A stretch of 64,000 nt of DNA from Gammaproteobacteria bacterium. Its GTDB lineage: Bacteria > Pseudomonadota > Gammaproteobacteria > UBA4575. Under the pieces are notes generated by a model that was not told the DNA's origin, did not search any database, and worked only from the letters and a program-made list of their open reading frames with translations. Position numbers and translations under genes: made by a program. Positions within the stretch are counted from its first letter, which is position 1. The number at the start of each line of letters is the position of its first letter. Shown here in pieces: positions 52,404 through 63,686 of this stretch. The stretch spans positions 214,562-278,561 of the forward strand of contig OZ242174.1 in assembly GCA_965205685.1 (NCBI GenBank), read 5' to 3'.

Positions 52404-54152
52404 CTAGTCCTTTCTGGCTCCAAAACCTCCAGCAACAAGACCGTTGCCGAAGTTGGCGTTAAACTCGCCGACTACGGTGTGCGGTGCTGTGGGCGTAGTG
52501 CCACCCTGACCATCAGGCATCGTATTCGGCCCATAGAACGTGGCGCTCCACGCTGCAGGGTCACCGCCGCCAGTAGCTCCATCTGTACTAGTAACAGTGG
52601 CAGCGCCGGTATCGATACTGCCCTGCAGGTTGACCGACCAAGTGTTCGCCTCTCCGTTGGAGAGTTCGAAGTCGTTGATGGTGCCTGTGAGCGTGTTCAG
52701 CAGGTTTGGTGCGATGGTACCTGTGCTATCCGTATCAGATACGGGCACTTGTCCAAAAACCGCATTCAACACTACATCTGCCGTGAAGTGGCCCGACGTG
52801 GCCGTATCAACTGAGCCGTCCATCTCATCGTAGGTTTCCCTCACGTATACGCCAACAGCACCGCCCTCATAGGTTGCCCTGCCCGTGACAGAAGCAACAC
52901 TACTTGTGGCAGCTACCGAAGAACCAGCGAAGGTCTGGACCTCGTCGTAAGTAATCGCACCATCACTGTCAGTGGTCCTCTGGAGCCAGAAGCCGTAGTG
53001 CAGGTAGTCGTAGTCCGGCTGGTCGGTGGTTGCACCCTCAGCAGGGATAAAGATCCAATCATTATTATTGGATACTGCGCTAACCACACCCATGGTGTTG
53101 ACCGTGGCCGTACAAGCGGCGGCTGCATTACACCTGTAGACGCCTGGTGTATCGTTAAAAGTTCCCATGATTTCGGCGGCATCCCGCGACTCGTCTACAT
53201 CCGTCGTACTGGTGTCGTCTTCCACCATATGCTGGAAGCTAAGTATAGTGGTTCCTACCGTTCCAGCGGGCGCAGCAAATTCACTGGCTTTAACCATGCC
53301 GATGTTGTCGGAATCAATGCCTAGTGCTTCAAAATCAGCAGCATCGTCATCGGTACTGACGTCAAACGCCTGGGGCGTATCTCCAGCTAAGTTGGACTCC
53401 CACATCGCGAACGGCACGGGCTTGGGAGCCTCAATGTCTGTGCTGACTATCGCGACTTCTACCATCTGGTTACCGTCTGCATCCGCATCATGTGTGCGGG
53501 TATGCATAGTGCGTCCGTCACCAAAATCCATGGCCTCCATGAATGTTTCGTTGTCATCTGCAGTGGCACCCTCAACAACGATCGAAGTGTCGCCGTACTC
53601 GATCTCCACGTTGTATTCGCCAGCAACCTGGCCGTCCGTAGGTGCGCCAGTACCACCGAGTCCTTCGTCATCCGTAGCTGCTACAGCAGCCTCAGCCTCG
53701 ATGGCCTCCCTTTTCGTACCTGCCGCTTTAGTTGCAGCCGCTATAGCAGCCATCCTTTCTTCCTCTCGTCTATCTATAGAGGCTTGGGATTCCGCAGCTG
53801 TTGCAGCGCCACCAGTGGATGTAGCCGTTCCATCAGCAGCTACCACTACTGAGCAAGCTTCTCCGCCAGCTGGACATGTGAATGTGATGTCGCCAATATC
53901 TGCGGTCATACCAGCAGCAATATCAGCCATTCCTGCCGTGGCATCAACACCAGATGGCAGTGTCACATCATGAGTTGTTGGGGGCGTTACCTCGTCCATA
54001 CAGTTAGGCGGAGTACCTGTTTGCCCAGCCGGGCACATCTCCGGCGTCTCCGGCGTCGAACTGCCGCCACCGCCACCGCCGCAGCCATACATCACCATGG
54101 ATACTGCGATAAACAAGCATGCAGCCAATAATTTATGAGAAAGTGTAGACAT
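52404..54152 (-). CDS. large acidic surface lipoprotein with TbpB-like C-terminal barrel
   Basis: Lipobox MYGC + G6; ATYEGGAVG, FTADV, ATFYGP, GEFNANF..G.VAGGFGA; upstream of the Slam gene. Confidence 0.8.
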   Translation of the reverse strand: MSTLSHKLLAACLFIAVSMVMYGCGGGGGGSSTPETPEMCPAGQTGTPPNCMDEVTPPTTHDVTLPSGVDATAGMADIAAGMTADIGDITFTCPAGGEACSVVVAADGTATSTGGAATAAESQASIDRREEERMAAIAAATKAAGTKREAIEAEAAVAATDDEGLGGTGAPTDGQVAGEYNVEIEYGDTSIVVEGATADDNETFMEAMDFGDGRTMHTRTHDADADGNQMVEVAIVSTDIEAPKPVPFAMWESNLAGDTPQAFDVSTDDDAADFEALGIDSDNIGMVKASEFAAPAGTVGTTILSFQHMVEDDTSTTDVDESRDAAEIMGTFNDTPGVYRCNAAAACTATVNTMGVVSAVSNNNDWIFIPAEGATTDQPDYDYLHYGFWLQRTTDSDGAITYDEVQTFAGSSVAATSSVASVTGRATYEGGAVGVYVRETYDEMDGSVDTATSGHFTADVVLNAVFGQVPVSDTDSTGTIAPNLLNTLTGTINDFELSNGEANTWSVNLQGSIDTGAATVTSTDGATGGGDPAAWSATFYGPNTMPDGQGGTTPTAPHTVVGEFNANFGNGLVAGGFGARKD

Positions 54153-54854
54153 CTTTCGAAGCTCCCTTACTTGAATTAATAGGCCTATTGTTTAACCTAA
54201 CGATTGTAAAAGCACACACCCCAACGCCCGAACTTCCCCGAACGGTAAGAGTGCCTGTATGATTTTATGCCAAATCTACATCGTCTCCAGACATACTGCA
54301 ACCACTTTTTTAGAGAAGTAATCCCGTAATAAATGGCTTATTTAGCGTATTGCAGGCAGTTTGTAAGGAATCGAATGTTATTTGACTGGGCCTCTTTACC
54401 CACGCGCATTATACCTTTCTGTTTCCTATTTTCACACCCTCAAGGGCAAGGCATAAATGATAGGAAGTCGAACTGAGTTCTGTGCTAGAGATGTTTCATT
54501 ACACATTCTTAAAGCTGATTCAAAAAATGACGGTCGTGAGAGGACTCAATCTGCAGGAGATCTGTGTAAAGAATGCTGCGAATCCAGTGTCAACTGAATG
54601 AAAGGTTGTATTCAGACTTTGATGCGCTTGCAAAAGTCACAGCCTGCACACCGAGCAGGACTGTGGTGTCATACCATTCGTGGCTTGTTACTAGCCAATC
54701 GTTGAGCCTAAGGTTCTTTCTACGAGGTACCAATGAACTGAGAGTGTGGCTATGGGTATAATCCCATGGCTCTCACATAGCATCTACCGTGTGTGCAGTC
54801 TCGATCACCTGTCTGCCCACGGTTTACATTTCACCGCCGCTTGCTGGACCTGTT

Positions 54855-55805
54855 ATGGAACTGTTGTCACTTTACCCAGAGATCGAACCGTACCGGGAGT
54901 TCCAGGTCAAGGTATCTGGCTTACACACATTGAGTGTCGAGGAGAGCGGCAATCCCAAAGGGGCACCCGTGGTATTCCTGCATGGCGGCCCGGGTGCCGC
55001 CTGCGAGCCCTTTCACCGAAGGTTTTTCTCCCCCGATCGCTGTCGCATCATCCTGTTTGACCAGCGCGGCTGCGGGCGCTCGACTCCGCATGCGGAACTG
55101 CAGGAGAACACCACGCAAGACTTGGTGGGGGATATCGAGCGCATCCGCGAACACCTCGGTATTCAGTCCTGGCTCGTCTTCGGCGGCTCTTGGGGCTCCA
55201 CCTTGGGCCTTGCCTATGCACAGACCCACCCAGAGCGTGTCACGGGACTCGTTTTGCGAGGAATCTTCCTGTGCCGCAAACAGGACATCCAGTGGTTCTA
55301 CCAGAACGGGGCCGGGCGCATCCATCCCGAGTTGTGGCAGGAATACGTCAAGGTCATCCCGGAAGACGAACGAGGCGACATGGTGAGTGCCTACTACCGG
55401 CGCCTCACCTCCGAGGACCCTGCCGTACGGGGCGAGGCTGCACGCGCCTGGTCGCTGTGGGAGGGCAGCACCTCGAACCTCAAGCCCAGGGATTCGGTGA
55501 TCGAGCATTTCTCGGATGAGGCTACGGCCCTGAGCCTGGCCCGGATCGAATGCCACTACTTCATGCACGACTCCTTCCTGCGTGAAAACCAGCTGCTTGA
55601 GGATGCCCATAAACTCAGGGACATCCCCGGGGTCATCGTGCACGGGCGCTATGACGTGGTGTGCCCGATCGAGCAGGCCTTTGCCCTGCACCAGGCTTGG
55701 CCCGAGGCCGAGTATGTCATTTGTCCGACCTCGGGACATTCAGCGGCCGAACCCGAGATCGTCGATGCGCTGGTGCGTGCCGTACAAAAGCTCACGCGAA
55801 CCTGA
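54855..55805 (+). CDS. pip: proline iminopeptidase
   Basis: LHGGPG, DQRGCG, FGGSWGS, HGRYD, SGHS. Confidence 0.95.
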   Translation: MELLSLYPEIEPYREFQVKVSGLHTLSVEESGNPKGAPVVFLHGGPGAACEPFHRRFFSPDRCRIILFDQRGCGRSTPHAELQENTTQDLVGDIERIREHLGIQSWLVFGGSWGSTLGLAYAQTHPERVTGLVLRGIFLCRKQDIQWFYQNGAGRIHPELWQEYVKVIPEDERGDMVSAYYRRLTSEDPAVRGEAARAWSLWEGSTSNLKPRDSVIEHFSDEATALSLARIECHYFMHDSFLRENQLLEDAHKLRDIPGVIVHGRYDVVCPIEQAFALHQAWPEAEYVICPTSGHSAAEPEIVDALVRAVQKLTRT

Positions 55806-55854
55806 ACGACATGGCCGTTGAATTCATGCGCACCGCACCTCGTTTGATTCTTAA

Positions 55855-56292
55855 ATGATCGCACTGCTGCAACGGGTACAAAGCGCAAGTGTTGTCGTCG
55901 AGGAGAACACCGTGGCAAACATTGGGCCGGGACTGCTGGTCTATGCGGCCCTGCAGCACGACGATGATGAACAGACCCTTTCTCGCATGGCGGACAAAGT
56001 GCTCGCCTACCGCCTGTTCGACGACGGTACTGGGCGCATGAATCAAAGCGTCCTGGATGTACAGGGCGAGGTGCTGCTCGTGCCCCAGTTCACGCTCGCC
56101 GCCGACACCCGCAAGGGCCTGCGCGCCAGTTTCTCGAAAGCTGCGGAGCCTTCGCTCGCCGCCGGGCTGTTTGATCGTTTTTCAGACAATCTCCGAAAAA
56201 ACTGTGCTAAAGTGCAAACCGGTATATTCGGTGCCTGCATGCAGGTGCACTCGGTCAACGACGGGCCGGTGACGTTCTGGCTCGAAGTATAA
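55855..56292 (+). CDS. dtd: D-aminoacyl-tRNA deacylase
   Basis: LLQRV, VPQFTL, NDGPVT. Confidence 0.95.
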   Translation: MIALLQRVQSASVVVEENTVANIGPGLLVYAALQHDDDEQTLSRMADKVLAYRLFDDGTGRMNQSVLDVQGEVLLVPQFTLAADTRKGLRASFSKAAEPSLAAGLFDRFSDNLRKNCAKVQTGIFGACMQVHSVNDGPVTFWLEV

Positions 56293-56345
56293 TTACTGGC
56301 AATACAACACCACTTTTCTCTGAACCCTTTCCTGGACCTTCAGCC

Positions 56346-56939
56346 GTGAGCACGCGATCCGCCAGTGTTGAACGCAATACCCGCGAGACACAAATCAAGA
56401 TCTGCCTGGATCTCGACGGGCGCGGCCAATCCAAATTGGAGACCGGCCTACCGTTTTTCGAGCACATGCTCGACCAGGTGGCCCGCCACGGCATGCTCGA
56501 CCTCGACATCGATGCAAAGGGCGACCTCGAGATCGATGCGCACCACACCGTCGAGGACGTCGGTATCGTGCTCGGCCAGGCCTTTGCCAAGGCGATCGGC
56601 GACAAGCAGGGCATCAAGCGCTACGGGCACGCCTACGTGCCGCTCGATGAGGCGCTCTCAAGAGTCGTGGTGGATTTCTCTGGGCGACCGGGCCTTGAGT
56701 TCCGGGTGAGTTTCCCGCGTGCACGGGTCGGGGACTTCGATGTCGACCTCACGCACGAGTTCTTCCAGGGGTTCGTCAACCATGCCGGGGTCACCCTGCA
56801 CGTCGACAACATCTCGGGGGACAACTCCCACCACATCGCCGAGACCGTGTTCAAGGCCTTCGGGCGTGCGCTTCGCATGGCCTCGAGTCTGGATGATCGT
56901 CTGGAGGGGGAGATCCCGTCCACCAAGGGCAGCCTGTGA
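56346..56939 (+). CDS. hisB: imidazoleglycerol-phosphate dehydratase
   Basis: [28 protein letters not shown]. Confidence 0.97.
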   Translation: MSTRSASVERNTRETQIKICLDLDGRGQSKLETGLPFFEHMLDQVARHGMLDLDIDAKGDLEIDAHHTVEDVGIVLGQAFAKAIGDKQGIKRYGHAYVPLDEALSRVVVDFSGRPGLEFRVSFPRARVGDFDVDLTHEFFQGFVNHAGVTLHVDNISGDNSHHIAETVFKAFGRALRMASSLDDRLEGEIPSTKGSL

Positions 56940-56974
56940 GTATGCGGGCTTTCGCATGAGCCCCGATAACGAAG

Positions 56975-57634
56975 ATGCAGCAGATCGCGATTATTGATTA
57001 CGGTATCGGAAATCTCTATTCTGTGATCAAGGCGCTAGAGCACGTGGCCGGCCCGACCGACCGCGTATTTACGACCTCAAACCCCGAGGCGATAGATGCC
57101 TGCGACCGGGCGGTTTTTCCCGGCCAGGGGGCGGCTCAGGACTGTATGCAGGCGTTGAAAGTGCATGGGCTGGAGGAGGTCGTGCTTTCTGTGGCGCGCA
57201 ACAAGCCGTTTCTCGGCATCTGCATGGGCATGCAGGTGCTGATGCGAAACAGCGAGGAAAACCAGGGCACCGGATGCCTGGCATTGTATGAAGGCAGCGT
57301 GAAGTATTTCGGTGATCATGTTTCCGTGGGTGCGGGCGCGGGCCGTTACAAGGTTCCGCACATGGGCTGGAACGCCGTTCGCCAGGACCAGCCCCACCCG
57401 CTCTGGGAAGGCATCGCACCCAACAGTTATTTCTATTTCGTGCACAGCTATTTCGTCGCCTGCGAGGATCCTGCATTGGTGGCCGGCACCACCGACTACG
57501 GTCTGCCGTTTACCTCCGCGATCGCCAAGGACAATGTTTTTGCCATGCAGTGCCATCCGGAGAAAAGTGCCAGCGCAGGCCTTCGCCTGCTATCGAACTT
57601 CATGTTCTGGGACGGGGAGTCTGGCTGCCACTGA
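56975..57634 (+). CDS. hisH: imidazole glycerol phosphate synthase, glutaminase subunit
   Basis: IDYGIGN, GICMGMQ, PHMGWN, YFVHSY, HPEKS. Confidence 0.97.
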   Translation: MQQIAIIDYGIGNLYSVIKALEHVAGPTDRVFTTSNPEAIDACDRAVFPGQGAAQDCMQALKVHGLEEVVLSVARNKPFLGICMGMQVLMRNSEENQGTGCLALYEGSVKYFGDHVSVGAGAGRYKVPHMGWNAVRQDQPHPLWEGIAPNSYFYFVHSYFVACEDPALVAGTTDYGLPFTSAIAKDNVFAMQCHPEKSASAGLRLLSNFMFWDGESGCH

Positions 57635-57646
57635 GAGATTTTCGCG

Positions 57647-58384
57647 ATGATGGTCATCCCTGCAATCGATCTCAAGGACGGCAAGTGCGTGCGCCTTCGC
57701 CAGGGCGCCATGGATGATGTCACCGTGTTCTCCGAGGACCCGGTGGCGATAGCGGACCGCTGGGTCGAGGAAGGTGCAAGACGACTGCACATTGTCGACC
57801 TCGACGGCGCATCTGCCGGTGCGCCCCGCAATGCCTCCATCATCCAGGCGATTGCTGAGAAACATCCCGACATCCCGATCCAGGCGGGCGGCGGCATCCG
57901 TGACGAGGACACCGTACAGGCATATCTGGACATCGGCGTGCAGTACGTCATCATCGGCACGCGCGCGGTCAGTGCCCCGCACTTCGTCAACGACCTGTGC
58001 TTGGAGTTCCCCGGACACATCATCGTCGGGCTGGACGCAAGAGACGGCAAGGTCGCGATCGACGGCTGGTCGAAGCTCTCGAACCACGACGCCATCGACA
58101 TGGCGCAGCATTTCGAGGCTGACGGTGTGGCCGCCATCGTCTTCACCGACATCAGCCGCGACGGCATGATGCAGGGCATGAACGTCGAGTCCACGGTGGA
58201 GCTTGCCAGCAACATCCACATCCCGGTGATCGCCTCCGGCGGGGTGACCGACGAGGCGGACATCAAGCGCCTATGCGAGTCCGACGAAGAAGGCATTGTT
58301 GGAGTGATCGTCGGGCGCGCTTTGTATGAAGGTACCATTGAGCTCGCCCATGCGCAGGCCTTGGCCGATGAGGCCGGTAGCTGA
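57647..58384 (+). CDS. hisA: ProFAR isomerase
   Basis: [31 protein letters not shown]. Confidence 0.97.
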   Translation: MMVIPAIDLKDGKCVRLRQGAMDDVTVFSEDPVAIADRWVEEGARRLHIVDLDGASAGAPRNASIIQAIAEKHPDIPIQAGGGIRDEDTVQAYLDIGVQYVIIGTRAVSAPHFVNDLCLEFPGHIIVGLDARDGKVAIDGWSKLSNHDAIDMAQHFEADGVAAIVFTDISRDGMMQGMNVESTVELASNIHIPVIASGGVTDEADIKRLCESDEEGIVGVIVGRALYEGTIELAHAQALADEAGS

Positions 58385-58951
58385 GTCCGTAAAGACACAA
58401 TGATAGTGAACAGCGGCAAAGACCCTGCAATGTGCAGTTGAGTCTTGCTATGTCTAAGATTCGCGCCGACAGATTTTGTAGATGAACCGGCTGAGACATG
58501 AAATGGATGTGCAAATGTCCATCTTCACGTTAAATCCCGTCCCCGACCCGCGACGAAGTACGACCCCTAGCACGGCGGTAGAGTAAAGTGATTGAGCTGA
58601 CACCGAGGTGACGTTGCTCAGAAGGGGGGAGTAGACCTGCCAATTGCACTACATCGTGCCGTAACTTGCATACGCTGTGGCATCCCGCGTCATCGGCTCG
58701 TGCTATGCATGCATAGTCCTTCTCGGTGTGTGCGACAACGCAAATGGCATCAATCCGGCATGCGCGTCACCTTTACCTGTTGTGAGGAAGACGTACATGT
58801 GCCGAATGTCCCGAACTGCTCTGCATCCAAGTGACAGTAGAGTATTCTCACAAAAGATTTTTGTAACATTAGCGTAGGGTAATCCCTAGTGCTAGCAGAT
58901 CGCCTGAATTCAGTGTTGGGAAACGAGTATCTTTACTAGGAGACAAAAACA

Positions 58952-59356
58952 ATGGTCATAAAGTACATAGAAGGGTTAAGTCACGCTAAATGGTCAGTCA
59001 GAGTCGTATCAGCATTAGTGCTGCTCTCGGTTGTTTTCAGCGCGGGCTATTACGTGCGCGGGCAAGGCTGGGGACTGTTGGGAGAAGACGATTTAAATTG
59101 GGTACCGAGACTGGATATCCCAGCAGACTGGTTGCTGGCATTCTCGGGTTTCTCATCTGAGGGTGAACGCTACTTTTTCATCTGCGATGTTGGCATGAAG
59201 TCTCTTGCAGATTTGTCTGTCTCACGAGTAGCGACGATAGGACCTGAAAAAGGCTCTAAAATCAGACTGAATCCAATGTCGCCAGAAGAACAGAGAGCGG
59301 TGCAAGCACGATTGGAGCGAAGCTGTATGATCATAAACAAGTATCGAGAAAACTAA
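58952..59356 (+). CDS. hypothetical protein with N-terminal TM segment
   Basis: AGGAG RBS, 134 aa, AT-richer; no recognisable family. Confidence 0.6.
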   Translation: MVIKYIEGLSHAKWSVRVVSALVLLSVVFSAGYYVRGQGWGLLGEDDLNWVPRLDIPADWLLAFSGFSSEGERYFFICDVGMKSLADLSVSRVATIGPEKGSKIRLNPMSPEEQRAVQARLERSCMIINKYREN

Positions 59357-59928
59357 CTCGGCATATCAGTCCCTCCAATTCTCCAAGGCCCGATTTTCCT
59401 GAATTCTGGATTGCCTGCGCAGATTCTCCCATAGTGTGTTCCGTGCACATGGGCAGGTAGCGGCCCGGTTGGGAAAGCGTATCGCGCGGTTGTCATCGAT
59501 CATCTCCGTGGACGGAATCAGAATGGATGCCGAGCTCCGTCAGGAGGGAGTTGCCGGTCGGAACGTCGAGGACGAATTCCAGATGGAACATGGCGGCGCC
59601 CAAATCGCGGCAGTCGCTATTCTGCATGAGATGGTTCTTGTGATCCGGAACACATAGAATTTTAAGCACTTTGAACTCCAGTTGTTTACCCCCTGGTCTG
59701 TGGGCTAAACCAACATTAATCTGGACCCTGTCCCTGCAGGACTCGATGACCACGAAAACCTGAAGGTAAGCCCAGCGATAGAAGCCGGTGTAACATGCCA
59801 CACAGGCACATTGGAAGAAATTGCCATGCCGGTGAAAGATAAGCCACTTGAGAAACGTGGCCCTTGTGAGAAACGAAGTTCAAACTAGGCGGTGTCCCTG
59901 TCGTGTCCCTACAGCGCAGTAAGCTCCC

Positions 59929-59940
59929 TGTTGCGCAACA
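59929..59940. promoter_or_regulatory. palindrome, putative HigA operator
   Basis: TGTTGCGCAACA perfect palindrome about 30 bp upstream of higB. Confidence 0.5.
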
Positions 59941-59971
59941 CGGAATACTTGTCTATCATGGAGCGTGAGCC

Positions 59972-60253
59972 ATGATTAAGAGTTTTAAGCACAAGGGGCT
60001 GGAAAAATTCTTTACGAAAGGCAACACGGCTGGAATCCAGCCAGATCATGCAACGAAAATCAGTGATCGGCTGGCTTTCCTCAATGCAGCCACCGTGATC
60101 GAGGATATCAACAAACCGGGTTATCGGCTGCACCGACTCAAAGGGGACCTGAAGGGGTTCTGGGCGATAGATGTATCCGGGAACTGGCGGATCGTTTTCA
60201 AATTTGAAGATGGCGATGCTTACGTAGTGAACTATGAGGATTATCACTGGTGA
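59972..60253 (+). CDS. higB: HigB toxin (RelE/ParE family)
   Basis: MIKSFKHKGL, LHRLKG, VSGNWRIVF, YEDYH. Confidence 0.93.
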   Translation: MIKSFKHKGLEKFFTKGNTAGIQPDHATKISDRLAFLNAATVIEDINKPGYRLHRLKGDLKGFWAIDVSGNWRIVFKFEDGDAYVVNYEDYHW

Positions 60254-60555
60254 CGTTTCAGCAACATGACCCACCACACCCGGGTGCTTTGATCCGGCGC
60301 ACGTACATTGAGCCGTTCGCAGAAATTACCGCGAATAAAGTCGCCGACCAACTCGGTGTTGCACACAGCACCTTCAGCCGCTTGTTGAACGGTGTTGCAG
60401 GAGTCTCGCCTGAAATGGCTGTGCGGCTGTCCAGGGTTTTGGGTGGCTCCGCAGAAAGCTGGCTTACCTTGCAGGAGAGCTACGATCTGTGGAAAGCGCG
60501 CCAATCGGTAGATACAAAGGCATTGACGCCGATTGATTTCAGCGAAGTCGCTTGA
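60250..60555 (+). CDS. higA: HigA antitoxin
   Basis: PPHPG, LSRVLG, SPEMAVRL, SAESWLTLQ..YDLW. Confidence 0.93.
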   Translation: MTFQQHDPPHPGALIRRTYIEPFAEITANKVADQLGVAHSTFSRLLNGVAGVSPEMAVRLSRVLGGSAESWLTLQESYDLWKARQSVDTKALTPIDFSEVA

Positions 60556-60796
60556 GCCCTTGTTCTTGCTCCCGAGAGCCTGTCTGCACGAGTGCCTTCT
60601 AGGGTGTCCGTTCGTTGCTGAGAATGTGAAGCATGCGAGGCTGGCTTGGCGCCGGCCGGCAGGACACGATATTTTCCGGTTGGCTGTGCTGTTTCAGGCT
60701 TTTTGCCTGTAGCATCAACCTGGCTTTCGAAGAAATTGCAGTTTAGCCGCAGGCTCGAAGTATATAATTCCCCTGGATTTCACACCTCGCCCAATC

Positions 60797-61570
60797 ATGT
60801 CACTCGCCAAACGCATCATCCCCTGCCTGGACGTTGATGCCGGTCGCGTGGTCAAGGGCGTGCAGTTCGTCGACATCCGCGATGCCGGGGACCCGGTCGA
60901 GGTGGCCCGGCGCTATGACGCCGAGGGGGCAGACGAGATCACCTTCCTCGACATCACCGCAAGCTCGGATGAGCGCGACACCATGGTGCACGTGGTCGAG
61001 CAGGTGGCCGCCCAGGTATTCATCCCGCTGACCGTGGGCGGAGGCATCCGCAAGCTAGAGGACATCCGCACCCTGCTCAATGCCGGGGCCGACAAGGTCG
61101 CCATCAATACCGCGGCGGTGTTCAACCCCGAGTTCGTGCAAAAAGCCAGTGACAAGACCGGTTCGCAGTGCATCGTGGTCGCCATCGATGCCAAGCGCGT
61201 GAGCGGCGAGGGGGAGGTGCTACGCTGGGAACTCTTCACCCACGGCGGGCGAAAGCCGACCGGCATCGAGGCGATCGGCTGGGCTAGGAAGATGGAAGCG
61301 CTCGGGGCCGGCGAGATCCTGCTGACCAGCATGGACCGCGATGGCACCAAGGCCGGGTTTGATCTTGAACTCACGCGCGCGGTCAGCGAGGCCGTCGGGA
61401 TTCCCGTGATCGCCTCCGGCGGGGTTGGCACCCTGGAGCATCTTGCCGAGGGCGTCACCGAGGGCTGTGCCGATGCGGTGCTGGCTGCGAGCATCTTTCA
61501 TTTCGCGGAATACACCATCGGCGAGGCCAAGGCCTACATGGCCTCGAAAGGCATCGTGGTGCGTCCCTGA
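60797..61570 (+). CDS. hisF: imidazole glycerol phosphate synthase, cyclase subunit
   Basis: [35 protein letters not shown]. Confidence 0.97.
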   Translation: MSLAKRIIPCLDVDAGRVVKGVQFVDIRDAGDPVEVARRYDAEGADEITFLDITASSDERDTMVHVVEQVAAQVFIPLTVGGGIRKLEDIRTLLNAGADKVAINTAAVFNPEFVQKASDKTGSQCIVVAIDAKRVSGEGEVLRWELFTHGGRKPTGIEAIGWARKMEALGAGEILLTSMDRDGTKAGFDLELTRAVSEAVGIPVIASGGVGTLEHLAEGVTEGCADAVLAASIFHFAEYTIGEAKAYMASKGIVVRP

Positions 61571-61626
61571 TACAGGACCCGGCCGAAGGCCGCAGTGTCC
61601 TGGCGATGATTTCTCCGTGAGGCAGG

Positions 61627-62895
61627 CTAATTTCCCTTGCCGTGGCCGGATCGAAAGCCCGGGTACACGAACGCACCGGAGATCCGTTCGCAGTCCCGTT
61701 CCGTGATGCCCTCGGCCCTGGCGATGCTGTACCAGCGCTCACGCACCACCCGTTCCATGGCCTGGATCGTGGCATCGGCATGATCACGGTCCAGCAGGAA
61801 TCGTGAATGTTGCGACAACAGGTTGTCGGCGCTTGCATGGCGCCCCCTGTCGCCGCAGCTGAGGGCGAGGTCGCGCCGTTCGGTGCCAATGGGCATCGAC
61901 GGGATCAGGTCATAGGCGGGCGACAGGCTCCAGCCGGCATCGAAGGCAATGACGGCGTGATTGCGGGGATGATCGTCCGTATTCGAGATCAGCGCGTTGA
62001 AGCACATCCGCCTGAAGAGTTCCTGGGCATCCTGTTGCGGGCGTTGCGAGATTCGCCGCAGCTCTTCTGCCAGCAGCACGTAGGACCACTTGTCCCGGTC
62101 CGCGTGAGAATCCTCTGCGCGCAGCAGGGTCAGGGCGCTCAACAGCCGCGCACGGCGATAGCCCGCCGCAACCCTTGCGCGATCAAAGCGCTTGACCATC
62201 AGCACGTCGCGCCCGCCCACCGTCACGATGCGGCTCATCGGCGTTTGCAGGCCGCATTCACGCGCAAGCACGAGCATGGAGTGTTCAACGCGGGCGTGAT
62301 TCCAGCGGTCGTCCGGGTGGTTGAATTTCGCGATCCAGAGGCTGTCGTCATCCTCTATGACGGCCTTGGGGCGCGCACCGCCCATGGACATGCCGGCGAG
62401 CAGTAATGCCTGGGCCCGTTCTGCATCCGTATGGACCGGCAGTTCCTCATCGGCGATGACGGCATCCGCCAGGTGCTGCAACTCGGCAAGATGCAGGGTG
62501 CGGGAGAACCTTCGAAGCGGTGCCGGAGGCTCCCGGTTCAGTCCGAAGCTCAGGGCGCCTGCGCGATCCTCCGGTGAATACAGCAGGTAATCAAGTTCAC
62601 CGAGCGCCGCCTGTCTGGAATGTCTTTCGATGACCCGCCGGCCCCAGTAATCCGGCCCCGCATCACGAAGTGCCCCGAAAATGCCCTGGAGCCTCCCCGT
62701 CTCGAAGGTCTCGGTTGTGAGTTTGAGTTCGATCGGGTCGATGGCCACGGCATTCTCGCGTGCGAGGTAACTTTTCCCGTAGACGAACCTGCCGATCGGG
62801 TTCCCTCGCCGGTCGGCACCGAGCACGAACCTGCCCGCCGTCACGAAGTCCGTCTCGCCGGGCAGCACAATGTACACGTAGCACTCGTCGTTCAT
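61627..62895 (-). CDS. hipA: HipA-family Ser/Thr kinase toxin
   Basis: PDYWGR, DRAGAL, SMGGARPK, NTDDHPRNH, LSPAYD. Confidence 0.92.
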   Translation of the reverse strand: MNDECYVYIVLPGETDFVTAGRFVLGADRRGNPIGRFVYGKSYLARENAVAIDPIELKLTTETFETGRLQGIFGALRDAGPDYWGRRVIERHSRQAALGELDYLLYSPEDRAGALSFGLNREPPAPLRRFSRTLHLAELQHLADAVIADEELPVHTDAERAQALLLAGMSMGGARPKAVIEDDDSLWIAKFNHPDDRWNHARVEHSMLVLARECGLQTPMSRIVTVGGRDVLMVKRFDRARVAAGYRRARLLSALTLLRAEDSHADRDKWSYVLLAEELRRISQRPQQDAQELFRRMCFNALISNTDDHPRNHAVIAFDAGWSLSPAYDLIPSMPIGTERRDLALSCGDRGRHASADNLLSQHSRFLLDRDHADATIQAMERVVRERWYSIARAEGITERDCERISGAFVYPGFRSGHGKGN

Positions 62896-62904
62896 TCCAC
62901 GGTC

Positions 62905-63246
62905 CTAGAAATCGCTGTCCAGGCGCTCCGGCTGGCGGGCCCGGGCACGCTCGCGGTGCACGCTTAGTGCAAGCCCCTCCGTATCGAGTGCCGGGTCGGC
63001 AATCTCGCCCAACGGTTCCAGCAGGTCATACGCCCAAAGCAGCGCCAGATAGACGGCAATGCCGGTCGAGGGCTTGCCTTGCTCGGCGCAGGACACCGGC
63101 CGAGGGCCGGTGCCGATCCTGTCGGCAACGTCCTGGATCGTCAGGTTTCTGCGCAGCCTTGCGGTACGCAGGTTGGCGCCTAGCTGTTTCAGCGCCCGCT
63201 CCACAGGGTAGGGGGGCGCGGTGGTCAATGCGTTTCGCGCAGTCAT
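62905..63246 (-). CDS. HipB-like XRE HTH antitoxin
   Basis: LGANLRTARLRRNLT..VADRIG, EQGKPS; directly upstream of hipA. Confidence 0.85.
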   Translation of the reverse strand: MTARNALTTAPPYPVERALKQLGANLRTARLRRNLTIQDVADRIGTGPRPVSCAEQGKPSTGIAVYLALLWAYDLLEPLGEIADPALDTEGLALSVHRERARARQPERLDSDF

Positions 63247-63276
63247 ATGCTCTAAAATATATATTATAGTTTATAG

Positions 63277-63294
63277 TATGCTCTTAATAGCATA
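63277..63294. promoter_or_regulatory. inverted repeat, putative HipB operator
   Basis: TATGCT-CTTAAT-AGCATA in the AT-rich hipB leader. Confidence 0.45.
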
Positions 63295-63686
63295 TTTATT
63301 TTGGATAACCAAGTGAATCTCGTCGACTTCGAGGTGCCTCAAAAGGATCAAAAGCCTTCGGGCACACATGAGGGCACCATCCCCGAAGTCGCCCCGCGGT
63401 GGAGCCTGTGCGAGGCGTATGGACTTCACAATGGATGGAACCGGAATCGGGGCTGCTGAATCCCGGCCCTGCGGAATTTCTTCACCCACGGTGCCCTTGT
63501 CCTTGGGGCTCTTTCGGTATGATTGCTGCGATTCGGGGTGAATGCCGACCGCCGGACATCCCGGGATGGGGGTTGCTCAGGGACGGCGAGCGGATTTCAA
63601 ACTGAGACGGTTCCACAAAGGCGCTATAATAGAGGCGCAGGCCGGGCCTGTGGTACTGTAGGGGGCCGCAGCCTGGCGAACACAAG

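Noticed and set aside
63300-63686. hisI remnant before hisE
   Set aside because: No HisI-like motif found in the frames read.
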